NCBI GenBank assembly: GCA_000091165.1 | Contig: FP565575.1 | Coordinates: 540,001 to 572,000 of the forward strand | Source of the DNA: Candidatus Methylomirabilis oxygeniifera | Lineage (GTDB): Bacteria > Methylomirabilota > Methylomirabilia > Methylomirabilales > Methylomirabilaceae | Length of the DNA: 32,000 nucleotides | Reading direction: 5' to 3' | Shown: positions 7,274 through 16,599 of the stretch, piece after piece | Layout: each line of letters opens with the position of its first letter | How positions within the stretch are numbered: the first letter of the stretch is position 1 | Translations under genes and position numbers: made by a program | The notes under the pieces: model-generated | Databases searched by the model: none | The model's input: only the letters and a program-made list of their open reading frames with translations | Told to the model about the DNA's origin: nothing

Positions 7274-7566
7274 AAGCGAAACTAAAAATTCCGAAGTTTG
7301 CATCGGAAGATGAGGAGCGTGAGTTTTGGTCGACCGCTGACTCGACCGACTACCTCGACTGGAAGAAGGGCAAGAGGCTGCTGTTTCCCGAGCTTCGCCC
7401 TTCGTTGAAAACGATATCGTTGCGGTTACCGGAGATCATGTTGGAGGAGTTGAAGCTTCTCGCGAATAAGCGCGACGTGCCGTATCAGTCGTTGCTTAAG
7501 GTGTTTTTGAGTGAACGCATCGGACAGGAGCTGAAATCTACCAGGCATGGACGCGCAAAGGTCTAG
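7270..7566 (+). CDS. brnA: BrnA-family antitoxin (CopG/RHH-like)
   Basis: 98-aa ORF reading ..FASEDEEREFWSTADSTDYLDW.. then ..ISLRLPEIMLEELKLLANKRDVPYQSLLKVFLSERI, the usual BrnA architecture. Translationally coupled to brnT. Confidence 0.75.
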   Translation: MKAKLKIPKFASEDEEREFWSTADSTDYLDWKKGKRLLFPELRPSLKTISLRLPEIMLEELKLLANKRDVPYQSLLKVFLSERIGQELKSTRHGRAKV

Positions 7567-7650
7567 CTGCGGGTTGACGCTAGTCTAGTGTCTCTAAGGC
7601 TTCTTTACATTGATTTCGATGCCGTCATTGACCAGAAAGTCCCCTGTGCG

Positions 7651-7753
7651 GTCATTGCGAGGGAGCGAAGCGACTGAAGCAATCTCACCGTTCTTCAAGA
7701 CCAGGAAGCAGAACGGTTGGATTGCCACGCTCCCTTCGGTCGCTCGCAATGAC
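7651..7753. repeat. Inverted doublet of the GTCATTGCGAGG...GAAGCAATC palindromic element family
   Basis: 7651-7686 is GTCATTGCGAGGGAGCGAAGCGACTGAAGCAATCTC. The reverse complement of 7719-7753 is GTCATTGCGAGCGACCGAAGGGAGCGTGGCAATCC. A third copy lies at 30035-30075. Confidence 0.7.
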
Positions 7754-7770
7754 GATCGCGAGGAAGGCAG

Positions 7771-8910
7771 ATGAAGTTCGAGTTAACCGAAGAGCAACAC
7801 CTGTTTCGGGAGATGGTACGCGACTTTGCCGCCAGAGAGGTAGCGCCGCTGGCGAAGCAGGTGGACGAAGAAGGGATCTTCCCGCAGGAGACGGTCAAAA
7901 AGATGGGGGAGCTCGGGCTGATGGGGGTGGCGATTCCCACGGAATACGGCGGCGCCGGGGCGGACAATGTGTGCTACGCTATCGGTATGGAGGAGATCGC
8001 TCGAGCCTGCGCCTCGACCAGCGTCATCATGTCGGTCAACAACTCGTTGGTTGCCGATGCCCTGTATAAGTTCGGGACAGAGGCTCAAAGGCAACGGTAC
8101 CTTACACCGCTCGCCAGCGGCAAGCTGCTGGGTTGTTTTGCGCTGAGCGAACCTGGCGCCGGATCGGATGCGTCAGCTCAGCAAACTCTTGTCAAGAGAG
8201 ACGGTGACGGGTTTGTGCTGAACGGGACGAAGAACTTCATCACGAATGCCTTAGAGGCTGATCTGGCGTTGGTCTTTGCCACGGTCGATCGCGGTCTTCG
8301 AGCCAAAGGGGTTTATGCCCTCCTGGTGGAGAAGGGTACGCCGGGCTTCACCATCACGAAGGTGGAGAAAAAGTTGGGGCTCCATGGTACCAGTTGCTGT
8401 CAGGTCGTCTTTGAAGATTGCCGTGTGCCTTCCGACAACCTGTTGGGCGAGATGGGGCAAGGGTTCAAGATCGCCATGGTCACCCTGGATGCCGGCCGGA
8501 TCGGCATCGCGGCACAGGCCGTGGGGATTGCCCAAGCTGCGCTGGACATCTCGATCAGGTACGCCAAGGAGCGGGTTGCCTTCGATAAGCCGATTGCATC
8601 GTTTCAGGCGATACAATGGATGATCGCTGATATGGCGGCGCAGATTGAGGCGGCGAGACTACTCACCTATCGGGCGGCCTGGCTGAAGGACAAGGGTCTT
8701 CGGCATACCAAGGAATCGGCGATGGCAAAGCTGTTCGCGTCGGAGACCGCCAACCGGGCCGCCACGAAGGCACTGCAAATTCACGGCGGCTATGGGTATC
8801 TGTACGATTTCCCGACCCAGCGACTGTTTCGCGACGCCCGCATCACCGAGATCTACGAGGGCACGTCAGAGATTCAGCGGTTAGTGATTGCGCATCAGCT
8901 ATTAAACTGA
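7771..8910 (+). CDS. Acyl-CoA dehydrogenase (short/branched-chain, butyryl-CoA dehydrogenase-like)
   Basis: 379 aa with full-length ACAD architecture (..GCFALSEPGAGSDA.., ..LDAGRIGIAAQAVGIAQ.., ..IHGGYGY.., ..ITEIYEGTSEIQRLVIA). AGGAAGG Shine-Dalgarno. Confidence 0.9.
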   Translation: MKFELTEEQHLFREMVRDFAAREVAPLAKQVDEEGIFPQETVKKMGELGLMGVAIPTEYGGAGADNVCYAIGMEEIARACASTSVIMSVNNSLVADALYKFGTEAQRQRYLTPLASGKLLGCFALSEPGAGSDASAQQTLVKRDGDGFVLNGTKNFITNALEADLALVFATVDRGLRAKGVYALLVEKGTPGFTITKVEKKLGLHGTSCCQVVFEDCRVPSDNLLGEMGQGFKIAMVTLDAGRIGIAAQAVGIAQAALDISIRYAKERVAFDKPIASFQAIQWMIADMAAQIEAARLLTYRAAWLKDKGLRHTKESAMAKLFASETANRAATKALQIHGGYGYLYDFPTQRLFRDARITEIYEGTSEIQRLVIAHQLLN

Positions 8911-8922
8911 CGCGGCATTACC

Positions 8923-8950
8923 CTTAGCACTGAACACTTAACACTGGACC
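8923..8950. repeat. Heptamer tandem array in the acd-etfB spacer
   Basis: CTTAGCA CTGAACA CTTAACA CTGGACC, ending 3 nt before the etfB ATG. Confidence 0.6.
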
Positions 8951-8953
8951 AAC

Positions 8954-9754
8954 ATGCACATCATTGTGTGTATCAAGCAGATCATCGATCCCGAGACGCC
9001 GATGAGCCAGTTCGCGATCGATCCCCGAACCAAGCGGCAGGTCCCGGCAAACAACCCGCTGGTCATCAGCCCCTACGATGCCAATGCCCTCGAGGTGGCC
9101 ATCAAGCTTAAGGAGAAGCAGGGCGCCAAGGTGACGGCCGTCAGTGTCGGCGGCGCCACCACGACGACCGCGCTGAGAAGCGCGCTGTCGATGGGCGCCG
9201 ACGAAGCGATCCTGGTCAATGACCCCCTTCTCGCGGGCTCTGATCAGCGAGGGATTGCCCATGCGCTGGCGAACACGATTCGGAAGGCAGGCACATATGA
9301 CCTGATCCTGACCGGCTGCGAGTCGGGGGACTGGGCCGATCGTGCTGTCCCGGCGTTTCTGGCCGAGGAGCTCGGGATGGGGTACGTCGGCTTTGTGACC
9401 CGGATCGAGATGAGGGATGAACAGGTTGTTGTCCGTCGAGTAGTAGAGGATGGATACGAGCTGATCGAAGCCAAGACCCCATTCCTTGCTGCTATCAGCT
9501 CTGACGAGACGAATACCGCCCGCTACGCTAAACTTCGGGATATTATGACGGCTGCCAAGAAGATCATCCCCGTCTGGAAGGCGGCGGATCTCGGACTTGA
9601 CCCGGAGAGAATCGGCCCTGGCGCAGCCAAGGTCGCGATCACCGATGTCTATATTCCGGTTAAGGAGTCTAAGTGCGAGATGATTGAAGGGGATACACCA
9701 GAGGAAAAGGCTGCGAATCTGGCGGCCAGGCTTCGCGAGCTTAAGCTGATTTAG
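8954..9754 (+). CDS. etfB: Electron transfer flavoprotein, beta subunit
   Basis: MHIIVCIKQIIDPE.. N-terminus and overall EtfB pattern. Followed by etfA. Confidence 0.9.
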   Translation: MHIIVCIKQIIDPETPMSQFAIDPRTKRQVPANNPLVISPYDANALEVAIKLKEKQGAKVTAVSVGGATTTTALRSALSMGADEAILVNDPLLAGSDQRGIAHALANTIRKAGTYDLILTGCESGDWADRAVPAFLAEELGMGYVGFVTRIEMRDEQVVVRRVVEDGYELIEAKTPFLAAISSDETNTARYAKLRDIMTAAKKIIPVWKAADLGLDPERIGPGAAKVAITDVYIPVKESKCEMIEGDTPEEKAANLAARLRELKLI

Positions 9755-9757
9755 AAA

Positions 9758-9834
9758 CAGCGGTCAGCTATCAGCCGTCAGCCTTCGGCTCTGGACCGAC
9801 CTGACCGCCGATCGCTAATCGCTGACCGCTGCTT
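9758..9834. repeat. Inverted pair of heptamer arrays (GCTGAY/CAGCNNT family) in the etfB-etfA spacer
   Basis: CAGCGGT CAGCTAT CAGCCGT CAGCCTT CGGCTCT GGACCGA CCTGACC GCCGATC GCTAATC GCTGACC GCTGCTT. The outer 11 nt (CAGCGGTCAGC / GCTGACCGCTG) are perfect reverse complements, and the centre contains CTTCGG. Confidence 0.75.
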
Positions 9835-9849
9835 TTCTTAAGGAGATCG

Positions 9850-10839
9850 ATGCCCGGCATATTGGTATTGGCGACGACGAAGGACGGCAGGCTCACGCGA
9901 GATACGTTGGAGCTGCTCACGGGCGCGAGTAGGCTGAAGGAGAAGCTGGCCCAGCCGGTGGCGGCAGCCCTCTTGGGAACAGGGGTCGGTCCATACGTCC
10001 CGTTACTGTTCGCGCATGGCGCCGATCAGGTCTATCGGGCCGAGCATCCCCTACTCGAAGGGTATCAAGGTGATGCGTATACACTCGCCCTGCATCAGAT
10101 CTGCGAGCACGCTCAGCCGACCGTGGTGCTGCTGCCTGGCGATGTGATTGGGCGCGAACTGGGCCCGCGTCTGGCCTATCGGCTCCAGGCCACCTTTGTG
10201 ACGGAGTTTATCGACTTCGACCTGGACCAGGCATCAGGCCGGTTGCGGTTTACGCGTCAGACCTACGGGGGGAAGGCGATGGCGGTGGTCCAGCCTCGCG
10301 TGAATTCGATTGTGGCAACGGCCAAGCTCCGGACACTGGAGCCGGCCCCGCAGGAGGAGGGCGGGACGGGCGAGGAGATCCGGATCGATGTCGCCCTGGA
10401 AGCCTCGCAGCTTAAGACGCACCTTGTCAAGCGGGTCCAGGAGGAGGCGACCGGTATCAATCTGGGGGATGCGAAGATCGTGGTGAGCGGCGGACGTGGG
10501 GTACACGGGCCGGAAGGGTTCAAAGTCCTTGAGGAGCTGGCACAGGTCCTGAGGGGTGCGGTCGGCGCCTCGCGGGCGGCAACCGATGCCGGATGGGTCC
10601 CGCCCTCCTGGCAGATAGGCCAGACCGGGAGAAACGTCAGTCCGGAGCTGTATCTTGCCTTCGGGATCTCCGGCGCGACCCAGCATGTCGCCGGAATCTC
10701 CGGCTCGAAGTGTATCGTGGCCGTGAACACTGATCCTGCGGCGCCGATCTTTAAGGTGGCCCAGCTCGGCATTGTCGAAGATTGGAAAGCCGTGGCGACC
10801 GCGCTAATCGAACGCTGCAAGGAATTAACGCGGTCATAA
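9850..10839 (+). CDS. etfA: Electron transfer flavoprotein, alpha subunit
   Basis: 329 aa with a C-terminal FAD-binding region (..VVSGGRG.., ..[11 protein letters not shown].., ..[25 protein letters not shown]..). AAGGAG Shine-Dalgarno. Confidence 0.9.
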   Translation: MPGILVLATTKDGRLTRDTLELLTGASRLKEKLAQPVAAALLGTGVGPYVPLLFAHGADQVYRAEHPLLEGYQGDAYTLALHQICEHAQPTVVLLPGDVIGRELGPRLAYRLQATFVTEFIDFDLDQASGRLRFTRQTYGGKAMAVVQPRVNSIVATAKLRTLEPAPQEEGGTGEEIRIDVALEASQLKTHLVKRVQEEATGINLGDAKIVVSGGRGVHGPEGFKVLEELAQVLRGAVGASRAATDAGWVPPSWQIGQTGRNVSPELYLAFGISGATQHVAGISGSKCIVAVNTDPAAPIFKVAQLGIVEDWKAVATALIERCKELTRS

Positions 10840-10920
10840 TATTGTGCGAGGAGCGGCGGACAGGGGATACAGTGCAAAATATTAGGTTGTGGACGAAAAA
10901 CTAACGGGCTCGCTTCTAAA

Positions 10921-10948
10921 ACCCTACACCCTATACCCTACACCCACA
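10921..10948. repeat. Heptamer tandem array upstream of the Fe-S oxidoreductase gene
   Basis: ACCCTAC ACCCTAT ACCCTAC ACCCACA. Confidence 0.6.
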
Positions 10949-10960
10949 ACTGGAATAGCC

Positions 10961-12933
10961 ATGACCCCCATGCGCGAGGTCTATTGGAACATCCCGGGGC
11001 ACCTGTTCCTGTACCTGTTGTTCTTTCCCTTCCTGGTTGTCTGGGTCTACGGCATCTACCGGCATACCCGCATGATACTCGCGGGAGAGCCGGCTGCAGT
11101 CCTGGGCAGCCTGTGGGATCGCTTCAAAGGCGTTATCCAGGATGCCGCCTGGCAGCGGCGAATCCCAAGGATCCCCTTTCAGGATTGCTCCACCGCTCGA
11201 TCTCCTGGGGATTTGCCGTTCTTTTTATCGCGACCTGCCTCGTGGCCCTTCAAGATTATTTCGGCATCCCGACCCTGCGTGGACCGTTCTACCTCTACTT
11301 CATGTCGCTGACCGTCGACCTGTTCGGGCTGACGGCTATTGGCGGCGTGCTGATTGCGCTCGTCCGGCGTTATGGTTTGAGACCCGATCGGCTCCTGCTG
11401 CCTCGTCTGGGTTGGAGTTACGGCATACTGCTTGGGCTGCTCCTCATCATCCTGGTAACCGGGTTTCTGATTGAGGGACTTCGGATTGCGGCGACAGATG
11501 ATCCATGGGGCCGCTGGTCGCCGGGTGGCTGGTTGGCATCCGCTCTGTTTCGCGGGACTGACCAGGCGCAGCAGGTTCTCCTTCACCATGCCATCTGGTG
11601 GTCGCATGCCATCGTTGCCTTCACCTTCATTGCCCTTCTGCCCTATGGCGTGGGCATGCACATCACGTCCGCTGCCGCGAATGTCCTCCTGAAGAACCGG
11701 GAAGGCTCCGGGGTGTTGCGACCGATCGATCTGGACCGGGCGGAGCGGTTTGGCGCCGGCGCGATCGACCAGTTGACCTGGAAGGATCACCTCGACTTCG
11801 AGGCGTGTACCGAGTGCGGCCGCTGCCAGGCTGCCTGCCCGGCCTGGATAACCGGTAAGCCGCTGACGCCGAAAGGCGTCATCATCGACCTGCGGGATCA
11901 CATGCGCCTGGTTGCCGACGGAGAGGAGCCCAGGAAGATGGTCGGCGAGGTCATCTCGCATGACGTCCTGTGGGCGTGTACCACCTGTGGGGCCTGCCAT
12001 CAGGAGTGCCCGATCTTCATCGAACCGATCCCGAAGATTGTCGAGATGCGTCGGCACCTCGTCATGGAGGAGGCCGACTTTCCGGAGACGATGCAGCAGG
12101 CATTGCGGAGCTTGGAAGAGCGGGGCCATCCGTTCCGTGGGGCGAGCGCATCCAGGACCGACTGGGCGAAGGGGCTTGGCGTAAAGACTGTCGCCGCGGA
12201 CGGTCCACCGGAGATCCTGTACTGGGTCGGCTGCACCGCAGCCTTTGATGAGCGGAATCAGCAGGTCGCGGCGGCCTTCGCCAAGCTCCTGCAACACGCC
12301 GGGGTTGATTTTGCGATCCTGGGGGAAGAGGAGCGATGCACGGGTGATCCGGCTCGCCGGATTGGAAATGAGTACCTCTTCCAGACGCTGGCCAGGGAGA
12401 ATATCGCCACGCTGAACGGCTATGGCATCAAGAAGATCGTTACGACCTGCCCGCATGGCTTCAATACGCTTAAGAATGAATACCCGATGCTGGGAGGCAA
12501 CTACGAGGTCCTCCATCACACCCAGTTGCTGGCCGATCTGGTGAAAGAAGGGCGCCTGCGGCCAAAGAAGCAAATCGATGGCGTGGTATCCTTTCACGAC
12601 CCCTGCTATCTGGGGCGACACAACGGCGTCTACGATCCACCCAGGCAGGTTCTCGGGGCGATCCCCGGGCTTACGGTCAAGGAGATGGATCGGTGCCGGG
12701 AACGCGGCTTCTGTTGCGGTGCGGGGGGCGGATTGATGTGGTTCGAAGAGAAGATCGGCAAGCGCGTGAGTTGGGAGCGGACCGAAGAGGCGCTGGCCCT
12801 TCAGCCGCAGGTACTGGCGAGCGCGTGTCCCTTTTGCCTGATCATGTTCGAGGACGCGCTGAAAGTGAAGGATGCGATCGGGCGGACCAGACCGCTTGAC
12901 GTAGCGGAGCTGATGGCGCAAAGTGTAGAATGA
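10961..12933 (+). CDS. Membrane-bound Fe-S oxidoreductase (NarI-like TM domain, 2x[4Fe-4S] and two CCG domains; HdrD/DsrK/GlpC-like, ETF-associated), interrupted by an apparent 1-nt frameshift at about 11164-11166
   Basis: Frame A (10961-11166) gives [35 protein letters not shown]...AAWQRRI. The next frame continues [25 protein letters not shown]..., then [24 protein letters not shown] and CCGAGGG. Either piece alone is truncated. Confidence 0.8.
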
Positions 12934-12937
12934 AAAT

Positions 12938-12965
12938 GGTGCGGGGTGCGAGGTTCAAGGTGCGA
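12938..12965. repeat. Heptamer tandem array in the Fe-S oxidoreductase-mutase spacer
   Basis: GGTGCGG GGTGCGA GGTTCAA GGTGCGA, followed by GTGCA and the ATG. Confidence 0.6.
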
Positions 12966-12970
12966 GTGCA

Positions 12971-14665
12971 ATGGCTGAGCAGAAGGATCTGAAGCGGATC
13001 GAGCAGGAGAAGGCGCGGTGGGAGACCGAGACGCTGAAGCCCGCCCTCGCACAAACGCCTGAAAGGGCCGGGCGCTTCACCACTGCGTCGATGACGCCCA
13101 TCGAACGCCTTTACACCCCGGCCGACCTGCCCGAATTCGATTACCTGCGGGACCTGGGATTTCCCGGCCAATATCCCTACACCCGCGGGGTTCAGCCGAC
13201 GATGTACCGCGGCAAGCTCTGGACCATGCGGATGTTCGCCGGGTACGGCACCGCCGCCGAAACCAACCGACGGTTCAAGTATCTGCTCGAGCAGGGTCAG
13301 ATGGGGCTGTCCACTGCCTTCGATCTGCCGACCTTGATGGGGTACGATTCGGATCACCCTGCTTCGGCCGGGGAGGTGGGTAAGTGCGGCGTCGCCATCG
13401 ATTCGCTCGCCGACATGGAGACGCTGTTCGAGAGTATTCCGCTCGGCGAGGTCACGACCTCCATGACGATCAGCTCTCCCGCCGCAGTCTTGTGGGCGAT
13501 GTATATTGCCGTCTGCGAGAAGCAGGGCGTCCCGTATCATCAGATTGGCGGCACGCTCCAGAACGATATCCTGAAGGAGTACGTCGCGCAGAAAGAGTAT
13601 ATCTACCCGATCGAACCGTCGGTCCGGCTGGTGACCGACACCATCCTGTTCGGTGCGCAGCACCTGCCGCGTTGGAATACCGTCAGCATCAGCGGGTACC
13701 ATATCCGGGAGGCGGGGGCAACCGCATTGCAGGAACTCGCCTTCACGCTGGCTGACGGAATGGTCTACGTGGAGGAGAGCATCAAGGCGGGTCTTGAGGT
13801 TGATGCGTTTGCCCCGCGTCTCTCCTTCTTCTTCGATTGCCACAACGACCTGTTCGAGGAAGTGGCCAAGTTCCGGGCGGCGAGAAGGCTGTGGGCGAGA
13901 ATCATGCGGGAGCGGTTCAATGCGAAAGATCCTCGTTCCTGGCTGTTACGGACGCATGCCCAGACAGCAGGGTGTACCCTTACCGCCCAGCAGCCGCGCA
14001 ATAACATCATCAGGGTCGCGATCCAGGCGCTGGCGGCCGTCCTGGGTGGGACGCAATCGCTGCATACCAACGCTATGGACGAGGCGCTGGCGCTCCCGAC
14101 GGAAGAAGCGGCCACCATCGCGCTGCGGACGCAGCAGATTATTGCGCATGAGAGCGGCGTCACCAACACGGTCGATCCGGTGGCCGGCTCTTACTACGTC
14201 GAGACGTTGACGAATCAGATGGAGGAGGGGGTTTGGGAATACTTCCGGCGCATCGATGATCTGGGTGGGATGATCCGGGCGATCGAGAAGGGCTTTCCAC
14301 AGCGCGAGATCGCCGATGCCGCCTACGCATATCAGCAGGCCATCGAGCGGGGCGAGAAGATCATCGTTGGCGTGAATCGATTTACGGCAGACGAAGAAGC
14401 GCCGATCCCGACCCTCACCATCGACCATGAGGCCGAGGCGCGGCAGATCGAACGTGTACAGGCGGTTCGCCGCTCGCGCGACAAGGAGGCGGTGACGCGG
14501 TCGCTGCAGACGCTCCGTCAGGCGGCAGCCGGGAACGACCCGTGGGGAAAGGATCTGTTGATGCCGAGGATTCTTGACGCGGTTCGGGCCTACGCGACCT
14601 TGGGCGAAATTATGGATGTCTTTCGCGAGGTCTGGGGCGAATACAAGGAGCCTTCGATCATTTAG
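12971..14665 (+). CDS. B12-dependent acyl-CoA mutase, large (substrate-binding) subunit; methylmalonyl-CoA mutase family with an isobutyryl-CoA mutase-type signature
   Basis: Full-length similarity to the MCM TIM-barrel domain (..[19 protein letters not shown].., ..[10 protein letters not shown].., ..[11 protein letters not shown]..). It has TMRMFAGY where MCM has RQYAG, and VAQKEY where MCM has VRNTY. Confidence 0.85.
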   Translation: MAEQKDLKRIEQEKARWETETLKPALAQTPERAGRFTTASMTPIERLYTPADLPEFDYLRDLGFPGQYPYTRGVQPTMYRGKLWTMRMFAGYGTAAETNRRFKYLLEQGQMGLSTAFDLPTLMGYDSDHPASAGEVGKCGVAIDSLADMETLFESIPLGEVTTSMTISSPAAVLWAMYIAVCEKQGVPYHQIGGTLQNDILKEYVAQKEYIYPIEPSVRLVTDTILFGAQHLPRWNTVSISGYHIREAGATALQELAFTLADGMVYVEESIKAGLEVDAFAPRLSFFFDCHNDLFEEVAKFRAARRLWARIMRERFNAKDPRSWLLRTHAQTAGCTLTAQQPRNNIIRVAIQALAAVLGGTQSLHTNAMDEALALPTEEAATIALRTQQIIAHESGVTNTVDPVAGSYYVETLTNQMEEGVWEYFRRIDDLGGMIRAIEKGFPQREIADAAYAYQQAIERGEKIIVGVNRFTADEEAPIPTLTIDHEAEARQIERVQAVRRSRDKEAVTRSLQTLRQAAAGNDPWGKDLLMPRILDAVRAYATLGEIMDVFREVWGEYKEPSII

Positions 14666-14685
14666 CGTGCGGGCGAGGATAGGCA

Positions 14686-15099
14686 ATGGAGACGAAGGTG
14701 GAAAAGAAAATCCGGGTCCTGATCGCGAAGCCGGGCCTTGACGGGCACGATCGGGGTGCCAAGGTCATCGCCAGGGCCTTCCGTGATGCCGGGATGGAGG
14801 TGATCTACACCGGGCTCCGGCAGACGCCAGAGATGATCGTGAGCGCGGCCATCCAGGAAGATGTGGACGCCATCGGCATGTCCTGTCTGTCCGGGGCGCA
14901 TATGTACCTGTTCCCAAAGGTCATGGAGCTGCTGAGGGAGCGTGGGGTCGATGACATTCTCGTCTTTGGTGGCGGCACAATTCCCACTGAAGACATTCCG
15001 AAACTGAAAGCAGTTGGGCTCTCCACTATCTTTACGCCCGGTACGACCACGACCGAAGCGATCGAGTTCGTGAAGCAGAACGTGCGGCAAAGAGCCTGA
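14686..15099 (+). CDS. Acyl-CoA mutase small subunit (cobalamin-binding domain)
   Basis: 137 aa with the DGHDRGAKV (DxHxxG) B12-binding motif and ..GMSCLSGAH.. and ..VFGGGTIP... Confidence 0.9.
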   Translation: METKVEKKIRVLIAKPGLDGHDRGAKVIARAFRDAGMEVIYTGLRQTPEMIVSAAIQEDVDAIGMSCLSGAHMYLFPKVMELLRERGVDDILVFGGGTIPTEDIPKLKAVGLSTIFTPGTTTTEAIEFVKQNVRQRA

Positions 15100-15132
15100 G
15101 TACAGAGTGACGGAGAGGGGGTAAAGCGCGTT

Positions 15133-16443
15133 ATGCGACCGGTGTATATGGTCTCGGGAGGGCTGAGCAAGTTCGCAAAGGCGAGGCCGGACGTGACCTT
15201 CCAACCGATGGTGAAGGAGGCGTACGACTACGCTCTCAAGGACATTGGGCTTGAGCACAAGAAGTTCTTCGAACTTGTAGACGGCTCCGTCGCATCGTAC
15301 TTCTCTGACCATTTTCAGCGGCAGTTGATGTCGGGCATCATGGTACAGGACTATCTGGGGCTCTGTCCGAAGCCGAGCCACCGGGTCGAAGGTGGTGGCG
15401 CCACGGGAGGACTCTGCTTTCAGGAGGCCTGGAAGTCGGTGGCCTCGGGCCTCATGGATGTCTGCGTGGCCTACGGCTTCGAGACGATGTCCCATGTGAA
15501 TACCTGGAAGGGTAATGAATTCATCGCCCTGGCCTCCGACGTAAGCTTCGACTACCCGGTGGGCGGCTTCTACAGCGGCTACTACGCGATGATGGTGGTT
15601 CGGCACATGCAGGAGTTCGGCACGACCGTCGAGCAGATGGCCCACATTTCGGTGAAGAATCACAACAACGCGTTTCACAACCCCTATGCGCAAAAGCGTA
15701 AACTCCTCACGATCGACGACGTACGGCGAGCGCCGATGGTGGCCTGGCCGCTGACCCGCCTGGATATCTGCGTCATGTCCGACGGGGCGGCAGCGACGAT
15801 TCTGGCCAGCGAGGAGGGGGTCAACAAGCTGGAGAAGGCGAGCGGCAAGCGGCTCAAGCCGGCCAGGATTGTTGGTATCGGTCGCGGGACAGACGCGATG
15901 CGTATGGCCGACCGGCCCCACCGCCAGGTGCTGCTGCTCCCGCATGAGCGGGCCAGCGACTACCGTGGTCTCAAGTACCCGGGCATCCATTCATTCCGGG
16001 CAGGCCGGATGGCCTCCAAGCTGGCCTATGAGATGGCCGGGATTACCCATCCGATGAAGGAGCTGGATTTCATCGAACTACACGACGCCTATACCTCCTC
16101 CGAGATCCAGACCTACGAGGATATGGGCCTGTGCAAGTACGGGGAGGGTGGCCGATGGGCGGAGGATGGGAACCCATTTCTCCCTAACCTCGACTATGGC
16201 CTTGCGCTCAAGAAACCCGGGACGCTTCCCGTCAACCCTTCGGGAGGCCTGATCGCCTGCGGCCATCCGGTTGGAGCCACCGGCCTGATGCAGGCGGTCT
16301 TCGCCTTGTGGCAACTGCAGGGCAGCATCAAAAAGCATTTTGGCAATGGCCGGTTGCAGGTCAAGGGCGCCAGACGTGGGGCCATTCACAGCCACGCCGG
16401 CACCGGGACGTACGTTACCGTAAGTATAATGGAGAGAGTCTGA
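15133..16443 (+). CDS. Thiolase-fold protein (SCP-x/archaeal thiolase-like), apparently lacking the nucleophilic cysteine
   Basis: Thiolase-like N- and C-domains are present, including ..NPSGGLIACGHPVGATG... The segment RVEGGGATGGL aligns with RVEAACASGGL of active thiolases, so Gly replaces the catalytic Cys. Confidence 0.75.
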   Translation: MRPVYMVSGGLSKFAKARPDVTFQPMVKEAYDYALKDIGLEHKKFFELVDGSVASYFSDHFQRQLMSGIMVQDYLGLCPKPSHRVEGGGATGGLCFQEAWKSVASGLMDVCVAYGFETMSHVNTWKGNEFIALASDVSFDYPVGGFYSGYYAMMVVRHMQEFGTTVEQMAHISVKNHNNAFHNPYAQKRKLLTIDDVRRAPMVAWPLTRLDICVMSDGAAATILASEEGVNKLEKASGKRLKPARIVGIGRGTDAMRMADRPHRQVLLLPHERASDYRGLKYPGIHSFRAGRMASKLAYEMAGITHPMKELDFIELHDAYTSSEIQTYEDMGLCKYGEGGRWAEDGNPFLPNLDYGLALKKPGTLPVNPSGGLIACGHPVGATGLMQAVFALWQLQGSIKKHFGNGRLQVKGARRGAIHSHAGTGTYVTVSIMERV

Positions 16444-16498
16444 CCTCAGCCGCTTTACCAGAGGAGCACTCATGGGGAGTTGGCCTCACCACGGTACA

Positions 16499-16540
16499 CG
16501 AAAATCCCCCCTTTGCTAAAGGGGGGTTGGGGGGATTTGG
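16499..16540. repeat. G/C-run hairpin element (CCCCCC-TTTGCTAAA-GGGGGG family)
   Basis: GAAAATCCCCCCTTTGCTAAAGGGGGGTTGGGGGGATTTGG. C6/G6 form a stem, and AAATCCCCCC/GGGGGGATTT offer an alternative pairing. Related copies lie at 20930-21012. Confidence 0.7.
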
Positions 16541-16544
16541 CCGA

Positions 16545-16579
16545 AGCTGACGGCTGAGCGCTGATCGCTGACGGCTATT
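16545..16579. repeat. Heptamer tandem array (NGCTGAN) upstream of the DUF35 gene
   Basis: AGCTGAC GGCTGAG CGCTGAT CGCTGAC GGCTATT. Confidence 0.7.
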
Positions 16580-16599
16580 GTCTAAGGAGGGAGCAAGCG

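Noticed and set aside
5245-7566. tRNA-Glu-linked integrative genomic island
   Set aside because: There is no integrase and no direct repeat of the tRNA 3' end within the window. Only the compositional impression and accessory-type genes support it, so it is reported as a low-interest observation rather than called as a mobile element.
10921-10948. ACCCTAC/ACCCTAT repeats as telomere-like sequence
   Set aside because: Only four units, internal to an operon spacer. Better explained as one more member of the heptamer-array phenomenon.
11153-11172. Programmed -1 ribosomal frameshift in the Fe-S oxidoreductase gene
   Set aside because: The junction (CGA ATC CCA AGG) is not an X XXY YYZ slippery site, and I see no obvious downstream pseudoknot or hairpin. 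A 1-nt indel or sequencing error is the simpler explanation.
11179-12921. 580-aa ORF on the minus strand, antisense to the Fe-S oxidoreductase gene
   Set aside because: Arg/Pro/Gly-rich low-complexity translation with no recognisable motifs. It exactly shadows a well-supported plus-strand gene, which is typical of stop-poor antisense frames in GC-rich DNA.
12842-13843. 333-aa minus-strand ORF antisense to the mutase large subunit. Similar cases are 13946-14686, 10263-10877, 19439-20341 and 20050-20729.
   Set aside because: All overlap strongly supported plus-strand genes and lack motifs, so they are treated as GC-driven open frames.
14662-15990. 442-aa minus-strand ORF across the mutase small subunit and the thiolase-like gene
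   Set aside because: Same reasoning: it spans two confident plus-strand genes and their spacer and has no family resemblance.
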